Numbered from the stretch's first letter, positions 1 through 10,158 are shown. The stretch is 64,000 nucleotides of DNA from Promethearchaeota archaeon Loki_b32 (GCA_005223125.1 NJBH01000008.1:81206-145205), one strand, 5' to 3'. Translations and numbers: made by a program. The notes: generated by a model not told the origin, from the letters alone.

Positions 1-551
1 CTCGTTAAATTTTCATCATCCTTAACAATATCTAATCCACCAATCCATGCATCTCCACATATTTTTGCATGTTCAACTTCATTCAATCCTACTTTAGGTT
101 TCACAATTGTACCAAGAAGTGGTCTATCCTTCACTTTAGTTAATTTTCTAATTCCTTCAATTCCATATTTAGGTCCCTTATATGTATTAACAATATCTTT
201 AGGAAAACAAATATCTAATAATCTTAACGATTTTAATACCTTCATTCCATAAATATTTCCCGCAATAGCGCTTAGAATCTGTGGTAAATTATTTGCTTCA
301 AAAAGCTCTTTTGTGTAAGCAATCTTAATTATTTTTTTTTCTGGATTAATATAAAAAGTTGAAGGCTTAAGTCTTTTAGCTATATCAGCAGAAAGTGTTG
401 CTATTTCTGTCCAAGTGCCAATTGAACTTTCTTTTGCTATTTCTTCTGAAGCATGTTGTATATTTTTACATTCTGGCGAAATTTCTACATAATACATTGC
501 GATTAAATCATTTTCGTTTGGCTGGTAGGCCAAATTTACGTAATCCACCAA
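1..551 (-). CDS. rbcL: RuBisCO large subunit, archaeal form III (5' part; runs off window start)
   Basis: Not in the ORF track. Manual translation from TTG551/GTG548: MVDYVNLAYQPNENDLIAMYY...ESSIGTWT...AGNIYGMK...RPLLGTIVKPKVGL...GGLDIVKDDENLT, which contains the KDDE catalytic motif. Confidence 0.93.
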   Translation of the reverse strand, partial: MVDYVNLAYQPNENDLIAMYYVEISPECKNIQHASEEIAKESSIGTWTEIATLSADIAKRLKPSTFYINPEKKIIKIAYTKELFEANNLPQILSAIAGNIYGMKVLKSLRLLDICFPKDIVNTYKGPKYGIEGIRKLTKVKDRPLLGTIVKPKVGLNEVEHAKICGDAWIGGLDIVKDDENLT

Positions 552-694
552 ATTAAATCACTAATTATCCTACTAATTTAAAATTTATAAAACTATACTG
601 AAATTTCCTAAGAAGAAATTCAAATATTGAATTATTATATTAAAATCATAAAAAATTAATAATATTTTTAATTACTTTATAGTGTGATGAAACT

Positions 695-1000
695 ATGAGT
701 GAAGTAAAATCTTTCACAATCAACGTAAAGGATTTAAGTTTTAAAAGTGAACAACATGTTCTCGATTTAATTAGATTCTTATCTGAAGCGTTACCTCAGA
801 TAACCCTTGACAGAAACGGAAATGATATTAATGTAGAAATGCCAAACAAATTATCTAAAAGAACATTGAAGCTCAGAATCAAAAAATTTTTACATAAAAA
901 AGGATTATATAATGACTACAGACCAATATCTTATAAAACCGCTGAAACTGAAGGATATATTGTGAAGGAAAAGAAATTAGTTGAGCTAAGCTATTATTAA
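695..1000 (+). CDS. rpl22e: Ribosomal protein eL22 (L22e) homologue
   Basis: 101 aa; N-terminal FTIN and LSKRTLKLRIKKFLHKKGL match the eukaryotic eL22 pattern (FSKRYLKYLTKKYLKKxxL). eL22 is a known Lokiarchaeia feature. Confidence 0.8.
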   Translation: MSEVKSFTINVKDLSFKSEQHVLDLIRFLSEALPQITLDRNGNDINVEMPNKLSKRTLKLRIKKFLHKKGLYNDYRPISYKTAETEGYIVKEKKLVELSYY

Positions 1001-1051
1001 TTCTTATCCTTTTTCGAATATAATTATATAATTTAAAAAATATATTTAGAC

Positions 1052-2026
1052 GTGCCTTTAGAAGAAATTAGCTTTAATATTTCTATTAATTCTATAGATG
1101 AATTAACATGTTGTCTAAGTCTAGCTAGTTTATTAGAAATATCTGGTTGGCCTAAACCGGGAAATGTTCACCGCACTGAGGATTTTGAAAATACAAGATT
1201 TGAACATTTTTTAGCAGGAATAGCAGCAATTCAGCCAATTTTTAGGGAATTTTGTCAGAGAATTTTTCAATTCTCATTCAGAAATAAGAAGGAATATAGT
1301 CAAATAGAATTAGGTTACTTTTACAAGAAAGCTACTAAAAGTATGATGAAGTGGCAAAAGGGAGGAAACGTTTTATTAGGGCATATATTAATTTTAGCAC
1401 CACTGGCAGCTGCGTCAATAATTTGTTTAAAAACGGGTAAAATTAGGATTACTGACTTAAAATATTACCTCAATAAAGTTATTGAGAACTCTTCCATAAG
1501 CGATACTGTAAATTTATATGAAGCTATTCGGTTATCTAATCCTGGAGGCTTAGGAAAAATTGAAAAATATGATATTAATGATGAAAATTCACTCAACGAA
1601 ATAATCAAAGATAACATAAATTTAAAAAAAATATTTGAACTTTCAAAAGAATATGATTTGATAAGCTTAGAATATTCAACAGGTTTCAATATTATTATTA
1701 ATGAAGGTTTGCCATATTTTTTTACAACATTCAGTCAATGCAATGATATCAATACTGCTACTGTCAATACTTATCTAAAACTATTGTCTGAATATCCAGA
1801 CACATTAGTTATAAGAAAATCTGGATTAGACGCGGCTACCCATATCTCAAAAATGGCATCAAATATCTTAGAAAATGGAGGTATTTCGTCCTATAAAGGG
1901 TTAAAATTGGCTTTAGATTTAGATACAGAACTCCAAGAGAAAAAGGGAAAATTAAATCCAGGTACTATAGCAGATCTCATTTCTGGTGTAATATTTTGCG
2001 CATTACTTTTTGGTTTAAGATTTTGA
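1052..2026 (+). CDS. citG: Triphosphoribosyl-dephospho-CoA synthase (archaeal CitG/MdcB family)
   Basis: LE...PKPGNVH...FEHFL, GGNVLLG, PDTLVIRK and C-terminal LNPGTIADL motifs. Confidence 0.85.
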   Translation: MPLEEISFNISINSIDELTCCLSLASLLEISGWPKPGNVHRTEDFENTRFEHFLAGIAAIQPIFREFCQRIFQFSFRNKKEYSQIELGYFYKKATKSMMKWQKGGNVLLGHILILAPLAAASIICLKTGKIRITDLKYYLNKVIENSSISDTVNLYEAIRLSNPGGLGKIEKYDINDENSLNEIIKDNINLKKIFELSKEYDLISLEYSTGFNIIINEGLPYFFTTFSQCNDINTATVNTYLKLLSEYPDTLVIRKSGLDAATHISKMASNILENGGISSYKGLKLALDLDTELQEKKGKLNPGTIADLISGVIFCALLFGLRF

Positions 2027-2108
2027 ATTCAAAAAAGTTATTTGGTAAATTTAATTTGTTATTCTTAAGAGGAGTTAATTTATAATTTCAGATTGGGTTT
2101 AATAGATT

Positions 2109-2459
2109 ATGGAATTCTGCGATGAATGTGGGGGAATGATGTTACCCTCAAATTTAGATGGACAAAAGGTATTTAAATGCAAGTGTGGAGCAACTAAACC
2201 ATTTTCAGAAGAAAAATCTGTGGCGTATAAGGTGACTACTAAAATTGAACATCCCATTAGAAATGAAGTTACAAACCTAACTGAAGTTATAAACTGGAAA
2301 GAAAAGAATTTGAGAAGCACAATTAAAGATTTTAAATGTCCTCGATGTGGCTATACGAAAGCGCACCTAGAAACAAGGCAAACACGTAGTGCTGATGAGG
2401 GAATGACTCATTTTATAATTTGTTTAAAATGCGGTAAAATGAAGAAAATTGGCAGCTAG
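2109..2459 (+). CDS. tfs: Transcription factor S (TFS / RpoM-like)
   Basis: N-terminal FCDECG Zn ribbon; C-terminal CPRCG...QTRSADE..T.F..C..CG with the acidic DE hairpin. Confidence 0.9.
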   Translation: MEFCDECGGMMLPSNLDGQKVFKCKCGATKPFSEEKSVAYKVTTKIEHPIRNEVTNLTEVINWKEKNLRSTIKDFKCPRCGYTKAHLETRQTRSADEGMTHFIICLKCGKMKKIGS

Positions 2460-2460
2460 C

Positions 2461-2757
2461 TTATAAAAATAGTTTATCAATTATTTCTTCTTCTTCAATA
2501 TTCCTTAGAAAGGCGATTTTAATTAGCTTATCTTTACTTTTTAAACCAGAGATTATATGAATTTGATTTGATGAAATACTTAACTTTTTTCCTATAAGGG
2601 CTATTAATTCTTTATTTGCTTTATTTTGGACAGGTTTAGATTTTAGATATATTGTTAAAACATCCCCATTGTTAATTATTTTCTGACTTCTAGAATTTGC
2701 CTTAACATTCAGTCTTAATACAAAATTAGTATTTGAGCGCTGTTCCAAAAATTTCAT
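2461..2757 (-). CDS. DUF167 / YggU (UPF0235) family protein
   Basis: VKANS...KPVQNKANKELI...IISGLKSKDK pattern. Confidence 0.85.
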   Translation of the reverse strand: MKFLEQRSNTNFVLRLNVKANSRSQKIINNGDVLTIYLKSKPVQNKANKELIALIGKKLSISSNQIHIISGLKSKDKLIKIAFLRNIEEEEIIDKLFL

Positions 2758-2785
2758 TGTTTAAAATTATGTTATTCATTTTAAA

Positions 2786-4165
2786 TCATATAAAATCATC
2801 TACTCTCATTTTTAAAAGATTATAGGATGGTTTTGATAATCTAATTCCTCCAGCTAACTTATGACCTCCCCCTACACCTCCTAATTCTTTTTTTATAGTA
2901 GAAATAATCTTATTTACCCCAAATCCTTTATTGTTTTCTAAATATGTCCTTGAACAGCGAATACTTAATTTGATTGTACCGGATTTTTTCTCAGGACCTC
3001 CAAGAAATAAGATTTTATTTGGGTCAAATAGTTCGTTAACCGCACTAAAACTAGCTGTATCTGACCAATTACTCGGTGGAATTTTTCCTTTTACTTCCAA
3101 GAAAAGTGCTTTTTCAGTTTCATAATGAGGAGATTCGATTGATAAAGTTCTTAAATTTTTAGAAAGATTCTCTATATATTCATAAAATATACTTTTAGCA
3201 TAACGTGTTGTTGATTTTAATTGAATCATTGAAATCGCAGCACTAATATTCTTAAAACATAGAATATTCAATAAAAGCGCATGTTCAAAAGCAAATTTCA
3301 ATACTCCTAATTTTTGGGGTAATATTGCATAATGACCATAACTATCAATATTAGCGTTTCTTTGAATTTGTTGGATTTCTACACTTGTTAAATCAGCAAC
3401 TTTAGTCTTAGGATTAATGTTTATCGAATTTAAAAATGAAGTGACCTCTTGATCCACTATTCCTCCAAATCGTCTAAGAAAGGGTAATATACTATATTTC
3501 AAACCATTCCTTATTGATTCATGCATACTTCCAAATAAAATTAAACCTTCTTTATCTTCAAGAAGTTCTTCACTAATTAATTCTTCATACACTTCCCGGT
3601 TAAATGATTTTAATTGATCCATTGGTTTTAGTGAATCTCCAGCAATTCCTAGTACTGTTAACCACCCTTGTTTCACTATAGAAGGTTTTACCTGCTTAGC
3701 AAACATATATGTTAGAGTTGCTCCAGCAATATGTTCTAAACCATCATAGCCATAAATAGTTGGATTAATAAAAAATAAATTTTCAGGAAATTCATTGTTT
3801 TGGATGTCATCTTCTACTTCATGATGATCAAGAATGAAAAAGATTTCTTTTCTATTTTTAATAATCGGGATTAATTCTTTTAAATTTGAGCCTACATCTG
3901 TAAAGATGAATGCATTTTTATCTGTTTGTCTACTTGAAAGAATACCTTTTAGGTAATTATTCCAAGAAACAGATCGATTATAAATAAAATAATCATAATC
4001 TAAATGCATTTTATATAATAAATTTTGGACCAGATGAAGACAGCTAATTCCATCAGCATCATTATGAGAAATGGTTACAACATGATTAAAGGAACGATCG
4101 ACAAATTGATCTATAGCATTGTTAAAATCTTCCAAGAATTTAGTTTTATTAGGTTTAGTGGTCAT
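2786..4165 (-). CDS. DHH-family phosphoesterase, RecJ/Cdc45-like nuclease
   Basis: HNDADG, TDVG, LDHH, INP motifs and C-terminal DHHA1 GGGHKLAGG. Confidence 0.85.
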   Translation of the reverse strand: MTTKPNKTKFLEDFNNAIDQFVDRSFNHVVTISHNDADGISCLHLVQNLLYKMHLDYDYFIYNRSVSWNNYLKGILSSRQTDKNAFIFTDVGSNLKELIPIIKNRKEIFFILDHHEVEDDIQNNEFPENLFFINPTIYGYDGLEHIAGATLTYMFAKQVKPSIVKQGWLTVLGIAGDSLKPMDQLKSFNREVYEELISEELLEDKEGLILFGSMHESIRNGLKYSILPFLRRFGGIVDQEVTSFLNSININPKTKVADLTSVEIQQIQRNANIDSYGHYAILPQKLGVLKFAFEHALLLNILCFKNISAAISMIQLKSTTRYAKSIFYEYIENLSKNLRTLSIESPHYETEKALFLEVKGKIPPSNWSDTASFSAVNELFDPNKILFLGGPEKKSGTIKLSIRCSRTYLENNKGFGVNKIISTIKKELGGVGGGHKLAGGIRLSKPSYNLLKMRVDDFI

Positions 4166-4446
4166 TTATATCATTACATTCTGCATATTTAGATACTATT
4201 TTGTCGATAAATTGATTAAAAATTAATGTCCAATATAAAATTTAATAGAAAACAAAGGTTCAAAACGTTGTAATTAATCTTATCTTATTTTGAAATCTAA
4301 TAAATTCCAAATAAATTCTATAATTATAAATATTCCGATTTCATTTAGGAATTTTAAGGAAAATTAGTTAGTGCTTAAAACCTATAGAAAAATTATTTAA
4401 TTTAAATTAATTTTCTGTTCTAAATACTAATATTATCTCATTTATA

Positions 4447-6132
4447 ATGATAAATAAAAAACGGAATTATACTATTAAATTCTTACTAGTTTTAGTAGCA
4501 ATTTTTTTCATCTCAATTCCGTTAATGTTAGGAGACTTAAAATCCGACTTCAATACCGTACTTTATGATCCTAACCCTAAAATAAGCGATTTCTCCAAGG
4601 ATGATTTTAATGCATTACTTACTGAAGAAAAACAAGGACTTGGAAATATATCTATATATGATATTGATTTTAGTGATTTAGAGATGGGATTTATTACTTA
4701 TAATGAAATGTATCCTCTAATTGGGGAAGATATTTTTTCAAAAAATTTGAATATAACCCAGCTTAATATGCAATTCAATGAAACTATAGACCCTGCAATA
4801 GTAGATAATTTGAATGAAAATATAACAGATAGCAATAGTATAACAGTGAAATTAAATGAAAGTTTGTTTGTTGAATACAATGATCTAACGGAAGGTTATT
4901 TAATTTATCTTCCTCGTTTAGTTCCTTGCGATTTATTACAATTTTCTGTTAATAATGGTACTGATAACTTTGAATTAATTGAAGAAACTGATTACACAGT
5001 TGATAAAGATAATTTCATTGTATTTAGTTATGAATCCTATTTTAATATATCTGTGACTACAAATTTCACAATGTATCTTATCTGGGAATATACTTTAGAA
5101 TTAACTGATTGGAGTTTAAGTCAGATAATTGGGGATGAAGAATTAATAATTGAGGATGAAGAACAAGATTTTACTACTGATTTTAATTATTATTTTATTT
5201 TAACAGGGAAAACATATAATGAATCTATTCCAATTCCTGGCGAACCTATTTTCGCAGATAATATAGATATTGCCTTAACTATTAATCATCCAGATAAGGA
5301 TTTATTTACTAACCATATTCTTGAATTAAATAACGAAACTGTGGATATTGCTGGTCACTTAAATCCAGATGATACAATTGATGTATACTTGGCAGATCAC
5401 TTTTCCGGAGAACTAAGTGAATTTTCTTTGAATTTTACAATTCCATTTACATTTAAATTTATCGAACCTGTTGGGGAAACATGGGCAATAGACAGACTTG
5501 TAGAAATGAATAATATCCGCCAGCGTATTTATTTAGCATCAATAATAAATGGCCCTCAACATATTTATTTCAAAAATCTATCATTTTATGAGCCTACAAT
5601 TTATGCTGATCAAATTTTAAGCAACACTTCTTTATTTGAAAGAGATTTCACATATTTCTTTTTGAATACGACTCTGACAGGAAGATATGGAATAAAAGTT
5701 AGTGTTCCTTATCTGATTGTTGGAGAAACTTGCCCTTTTATAATTAAATATAAACCGACCCAAACTCTAAGAGTTGTTGTATTAGATAATATAAAAATGC
5801 CACTTGTAGGAGCAGATGTTAAAGTATACTATTTTGATCAAGAATATGGAACGTATGTATCTAAAGATAAAGTTCAACCAATCAGTCCAGGCAAGACCAA
5901 TGAAAATGGTGAAATTGTATTATTGCATGTTCCTGCTGGAAATTATACAATTAGAGTTTATCACAGCGGAAGATTCCTAAAAGAATCTACTTGCAGTACT
6001 TATAATTATAGAAATTATATCACTACAAATTATCCTCATTTTCCTTTATGGATAATAATATTTGGAATTACAAATGGAATCATTCTAATATTTGGATTAA
6101 TTTTTTATTCAAAATATAAGAAAATGCGATAA
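4447..6132 (+). CDS. Secreted, C-terminally membrane-anchored glycoprotein with a carboxypeptidase-regulatory-like (transthyretin-like) domain
   Basis: N-terminal hydrophobic segment, many N-x-S/T sequons, PLVGADV...TNENG...VPAGNYTI, C-terminal TM followed by basic tail. Confidence 0.6.
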   Translation: MINKKRNYTIKFLLVLVAIFFISIPLMLGDLKSDFNTVLYDPNPKISDFSKDDFNALLTEEKQGLGNISIYDIDFSDLEMGFITYNEMYPLIGEDIFSKNLNITQLNMQFNETIDPAIVDNLNENITDSNSITVKLNESLFVEYNDLTEGYLIYLPRLVPCDLLQFSVNNGTDNFELIEETDYTVDKDNFIVFSYESYFNISVTTNFTMYLIWEYTLELTDWSLSQIIGDEELIIEDEEQDFTTDFNYYFILTGKTYNESIPIPGEPIFADNIDIALTINHPDKDLFTNHILELNNETVDIAGHLNPDDTIDVYLADHFSGELSEFSLNFTIPFTFKFIEPVGETWAIDRLVEMNNIRQRIYLASIINGPQHIYFKNLSFYEPTIYADQILSNTSLFERDFTYFFLNTTLTGRYGIKVSVPYLIVGETCPFIIKYKPTQTLRVVVLDNIKMPLVGADVKVYYFDQEYGTYVSKDKVQPISPGKTNENGEIVLLHVPAGNYTIRVYHSGRFLKESTCSTYNYRNYITTNYPHFPLWIIIFGITNGIILIFGLIFYSKYKKMR

Positions 6133-6404
6133 GGCTTTTGATTGTTATCTTTTGTGATAATATAGATGATCATTAATAAAAAACTTGCTGTCGTTAAATA
6201 TACTATTATACATACAAACTTATTTTTGTAATACGAAATTAAACATAAAAAATAGGAATGGAAAAGAAAAAGTGGCAAGAGATTTAAACAGAAAGGTTCT
6301 TTTTACACTTTATTTTGGGATTTCTGGTGATACCTTACAATTTAGTTCAATAAGAGAAGCTTCAGGAGATGGAATGGCTCATGTTTACTCAATACGATTA
6401 GAAC

Positions 6405-6479
6405 TATCTCTTCTTTCAAACAAAATATGTCTATAGCTAAACAGCATAGTAATTATTGAACCAAATTTAACAAAAAGTC
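6405..6479 (+). repeat. Copy 1 of a ~75-bp promoter-region repeat (copy 2 at 8131-8207)
   Basis: tatctcttctttcaaacaaaatat..tatagctaaa.a.catagtaatta.tgaa.caaa is shared; each copy lies upstream of a signal-peptide-encoding ORF. Confidence 0.85.
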
Positions 6480-6546
6480 TAATCCAATTTTTATCATAAT
6501 CAAAATTAAATTTTGAGAAAAGAGATTAAAGTGTGAAATTGAAATA

Positions 6547-6693
6547 ATGAGAAAAGGATCTACGTTTGTATGGAAGTACTTCATCATATGTTTTGCAATA
6601 TCCACATTTATACTGGTACCTATTGGAACTGTCTATGCGCAAGAGAGAACACTCTACTATATCGGGTATGATTATAAGGAGCTGATAATATGA
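6547..6693 (+). pseudogene. Relic secreted-precursor ORF (signal peptide only, 48 aa)
   Basis: MRKGSTFVWKYFIICFAISTFILVPIGTVYAQERTLYYIGYDYKELII*. The AQE cleavage context matches PTALAQE in the 8256 protein, and the stop overlaps the 6690 ATG (ATGA). Confidence 0.6.
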
Positions 6694-7184
6694 ATGAAAA
6701 GGAAAATAATGTGAAAGAAATGAATAAGGAAGAAAACCATAGGAGTTTTTGGAAAAAGTTTAATGAAAAATGGTTATGGGTTAATATCGGTAGTTATATA
6801 GTTGGAACAATATTACCTTGGTGGTTATTTTTTATCGGTATTACAAACTTGATGACAGTAATCTTTTTAACAATATCAACCCTACTAATTATACCTTTGA
6901 TGTATTACTTTTTCAATTACTTTAGAAAATCAAAGCACCAAACGATTATTATCAAAATAATGTTGGTTGGATGCGGCGGATTTAGTTTAGGTATTTTTAT
7001 CTGGTTTTTTATTGGTTATACATTTATTATGGCTCCTTGGGCACCTTTAAATAATTTAACTGGTGTCCTAAGACAAAGAATTTTTCTTCTACTTCTGATA
7101 TTTTCATGGGGACTTGCTGCATATATAATGTATAGAATAGGTAAAAAAAGAGATTGGAGACCACCCTCCCATTTAATAAATTAA
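6690..7184 (+). CDS. 4-TM membrane protein, paralogue 1 (candidate immunity protein)
   Basis: FW..F...WLWV.IG...RKSK...GG..LG...WAP...KKRD(W/Y)RP is shared with the 7529 and 9709 proteins. Confidence 0.75.
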   Translation: MNEKENNVKEMNKEENHRSFWKKFNEKWLWVNIGSYIVGTILPWWLFFIGITNLMTVIFLTISTLLIIPLMYYFFNYFRKSKHQTIIIKIMLVGCGGFSLGIFIWFFIGYTFIMAPWAPLNNLTGVLRQRIFLLLLIFSWGLAAYIMYRIGKKRDWRPPSHLIN

Positions 7185-7528
7185 GTAATTTTCTTTTTTT
7201 AATTCAAAAATTTTAAGATAAATTTGTAATACAAAAATAAGAAAGTGTAGAAGAAGGCAAAAAAAATCATCAAGAAAATGACAAATACAGATAGAAAATA
7301 TTTTGAGGAAATAGAAAAGTTTGTCGATATTTTTAAGGAAATAAATCCAACAGTGATTGTTATTGAAGATATTAGTAAGAAAAAAGAAAAAATAACATTT
7401 CTTAAAAGAAAAAATGATTGAATTATTAAAAGAGAGGAAAGGAACAAAATTTTTAGGTGAAATTAAAAATATCAGAAGGCAAAACTTTTTGGTTGTTGTT
7501 AATGATATGATTATAAGGAGCGGATATT

Positions 7529-7999
7529 ATGAATGAAAAGGAAATTAATGTGAAAGAGAGGAATAAGAAAGAAAACCAGAAGAGTTTCTGGAAAAATTTT
7601 AAAGAGAATTGGTTATGGGTTACAATCGGGTTTTACATAGGTATAACATCAATGGGCTGGATTGAGTATTTCAGAGGATGTTTTTCTTTAATAGAAGTAG
7701 TTCTTCCCACTTTCATAGGTCCCATTTTTCTATTCGGTATCTTCTATATTAGAAAATCAAAGGATCAAAAAGTGATAATGCGATTGATAATAGTAATTGG
7801 TGGTGGCTTAGCTTTAGGATTTCCGATATTCATGTCCGTCAATTATATTCTTTTTGTTACATCTTGGGCTCCTTTTCATGAGATTAACGCCATATTACGA
7901 AGAATACTTACCATCTTGGTTATATTATTATCATATGGTGGAGCAGCATACATAATGGACAAATTAGGTAAGAAGCGAGACTATAGACCGTTTTTATAA
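7529..7999 (+). CDS. 4-TM membrane protein, paralogue 2 (candidate immunity protein)
   Basis: Same motifs; 5' end resembles the 6690 gene and 3' end is near-identical to the 9709 gene. Confidence 0.75.
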   Translation: MNEKEINVKERNKKENQKSFWKNFKENWLWVTIGFYIGITSMGWIEYFRGCFSLIEVVLPTFIGPIFLFGIFYIRKSKDQKVIMRLIIVIGGGLALGFPIFMSVNYILFVTSWAPFHEINAILRRILTILVILLSYGGAAYIMDKLGKKRDYRPFL

Positions 8000-8036
8000 T
8001 CTTAGAAATTATAAATAAACTTTTTTTTTTTTCAAA
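7959..8036 (+). repeat. Direct repeat copy 1 (gene 3' end plus T-tract; copy 2 at 10118-10193)
   Basis: acaaattaggtaagaagcgagactatagaccgtttttat(a/g)atcttagaaattataaataaac(T)ncaaa; differs by one substitution and T-tract length. Confidence 0.9.
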
Positions 8037-8130
8037 ATATTTTAAACTAAATTTTTTTTTTTAATAAAATGAGAGACTCCTAGAAAAAGTCTTAAACCTA
8101 CCGCGACAGATGAAGATTAGGAATCAGGAA

Positions 8131-8207
8131 TATCTCTTCTTTCAAACAAAATATTTATATAGCTAAATATCATAGTAATTACTGAAACAAACTTTACAAA
8201 AAAGTCC
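8131..8207 (+). promoter_or_regulatory. Copy 2 of promoter-region repeat, with TATA-like TTTATATA
   Basis: Homologous to 6405-6479; lies upstream of the 8256 gene. Confidence 0.6.
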
Positions 8208-8255
8208 AAAACAAAAATTAAAAAAAGTAAATTAAAATAAAGAGGCGAAACTAGG

Positions 8256-9674
8256 ATGAAGAAGAAATTAAAGATTAAATTTATATCAGCGATTATTATT
8301 GGAATTATTCTATTACCTACTTGTACATTCTTCATAATCCCAACTGCTCTTGCTCAAGAGAATTCCTTTCAAAACATCTCAGTTCAAGAAGCATATACAA
8401 TGATAAAAAAGGAGGAAAATACTGAAAATCTTGTTATTTTAGATGTTAGAGATACAACCGAATTTAACTTAGGTCATTTATACGATTCTATTCTAATACC
8501 TCTCAATGACCTTGAAGCAAGAATCGGTGAACTTGAAGATTATAAGACTTCTGAGATAATAATTTACTGTAAATCTGGTTATCGAAGTCAACAAGCAAGT
8601 GAAATTTTAGGTGAATATGGTTTTACAAAAGTATATAATATGCTTGGTGGCATTTTAGCATGGATTGATGCTGATTATCCAATTTGGACAACTTCACATC
8701 ATATTACAGTAGATGAAATAACCGATAAAAAATTTGAATTATTAATAGAACCATTTCTTTTACATTATAAAGGTTGTTCAACATGCACTGAGAATCAAGA
8801 ATGTCCTATTGAGAGTGAATCAATAAGTATAACATCTGAAACATTAGAACAAGGAGAAGATCAAATAGTTATTCTCAAAAAATATGAATTTAATGGAACA
8901 GTCTATGAATTTATTCATACTCATACTATTTTATGGAGTTATGATAAATTTACTAGTAATTATAATAAATCTGCTTACTTCATTTCAACAGAAATTACTT
9001 CAGAAAATTTCTATTTGCAATATTATCAATTAGAATACGTAATATACCATAAGAACTATAACTTAACGATTTATACTCACCTTGAACCTTTAAATTCAGA
9101 GATTTATAATAGTTCATTTACATATATAAAATATACTCCTGCTAACGGAAAAGCTATAACTTCAATGGAGTTTGTGCAATTCAATATGTCTGTTATATTA
9201 TCCCAACAATACGACATTTTAGCGGATATCGCGGAAGAAATGGCAGAAATATATAAAAAATCAGAAGATTTAGACCTAATGGAACTATATTATGGTTATA
9301 CCAATATGGGAGAAGGAATTGGATCTCTTTCTGAATTAGTAAAAGAATGGCTTGGAGAATATGATTATCAAATTCTTGAAAGTGATGCAGTGTTATACGA
9401 TTACAGAGTACCCCCCATTAATGGTGGTGACCCTCCACCTCCACCTCCACCTCCACCTCCACCTCCACCTCCGCCTCCACCACCACCACCACTACCATCT
9501 TTGTTAACATGTATTATTTGTATTGCGGGTTGTGAGCTAGCGGTTTTAGCAGGATGCATTATTGCATGCATTATCTATATCCCATTTTGCCCTGTTTGCG
9601 TAGTGGTAGTGGAATTATGGGAATTATTTGACCTAGGTTGTGGTTATGTTTGTGAATATATTGGTGCTTGTTAA
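8256..9674 (+). CDS. Secreted rhodanese-domain protein with a 20-Pro linker and C-terminal 10-Cys hydrophobic halocin-C8-like peptide
   Basis: Signal peptide ending ALAQE; rhodanese motifs LDVR..EF..GH, YCKSGYRS, VYNMLGGI.AW; Pro20; 60-aa tail with 10 Cys ending VCEYIGAC. Confidence 0.75.
   Translation: MKKKLKIKFISAIIIGIILLPTCTFFIIPTALAQENSFQNISVQEAYTMIKKEENTENLVILDVRDTTEFNLGHLYDSILIPLNDLEARIGELEDYKTSEIIIYCKSGYRSQQASEILGEYGFTKVYNMLGGILAWIDADYPIWTTSHHITVDEITDKKFELLIEPFLLHYKGCSTCTENQECPIESESISITSETLEQGEDQIVILKKYEFNGTVYEFIHTHTILWSYDKFTSNYNKSAYFISTEITSENFYLQYYQLEYVIYHKNYNLTIYTHLEPLNSEIYNSSFTYIKYTPANGKAITSMEFVQFNMSVILSQQYDILADIAEEMAEIYKKSEDLDLMELYYGYTNMGEGIGSLSELVKEWLGEYDYQILESDAVLYDYRVPPINGGDPPPPPPPPPPPPPPPPPPPPLPSLLTCIICIAGCELAVLAGCIIACIIYIPFCPVCVVVVELWELFDLGCGYVCEYIGAC
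9432..9491 (+). repeat. (CCTCCA)n / (CCA)n coding microsatellite encoding Pro20
   Basis: Seen directly in the sequence. Confidence 0.95.
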
Positions 9675-9708
9675 CGGATTGGTATTTGTTCTTAATAAAC
9701 TTTAAGGA

Positions 9709-10158
9709 GTGGTTATATTGAAGCTGAAAGAAAAAATCAAGAACTTTTGGAATGAGTTTAAAAAGCATTGGTTATGGGTTAATATTGGTGCATATATGAT
9801 GATAACGATGATAAATTGGACAGGATTTTTCCTTGGCTCTATAAAATTTGAGATAGCCCTCTTAATTACACTTATATACCCCTTAATAATTCTTACTATC
9901 TTTTACATAAGAAAATCTAAATTTGAGACAACCATTTATAAGATAGTATGGATTGTATGTGGGGGTATAGCTCTAGGATTTCCAATATGGGGTATAATTT
10001 TTTTCGTCCTTATTGGAGCTCCTTGGGCTCCTTTATATGAAGCACATAATATTTTAAGAGGAAGCATTTCAATCCTGATTCTGGTACCAGCATATGGTGT
10101 GGCAGCGCATTTAATGTACAAATTAGGTAAGAAGCGAGACTATAGACCGTTTTTATGA
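9709..10158 (+). CDS. 4-TM membrane protein, paralogue 3 (candidate cognate immunity protein)
   Basis: Starts 34 bp after the Cys-rich precursor stop, with AAGGAG upstream; shares family motifs. Confidence 0.75.
   Translation: MVILKLKEKIKNFWNEFKKHWLWVNIGAYMMITMINWTGFFLGSIKFEIALLITLIYPLIILTIFYIRKSKFETTIYKIVWIVCGGIALGFPIWGIIFFVLIGAPWAPLYEAHNILRGSISILILVPAYGVAAHLMYKLGKKRDYRPFL

Noticed and set aside
6185-6436. 83-aa ORF
   Set aside because: No motif, and it runs into the promoter-region repeat; likely spurious or a relic.
7278-7421. 47-aa ORF with PTVIVIEDI (TnpB RuvC-II or Walker-B-like)
   Set aside because: One short motif with no other catalytic motifs or IS ends; cannot be assigned.
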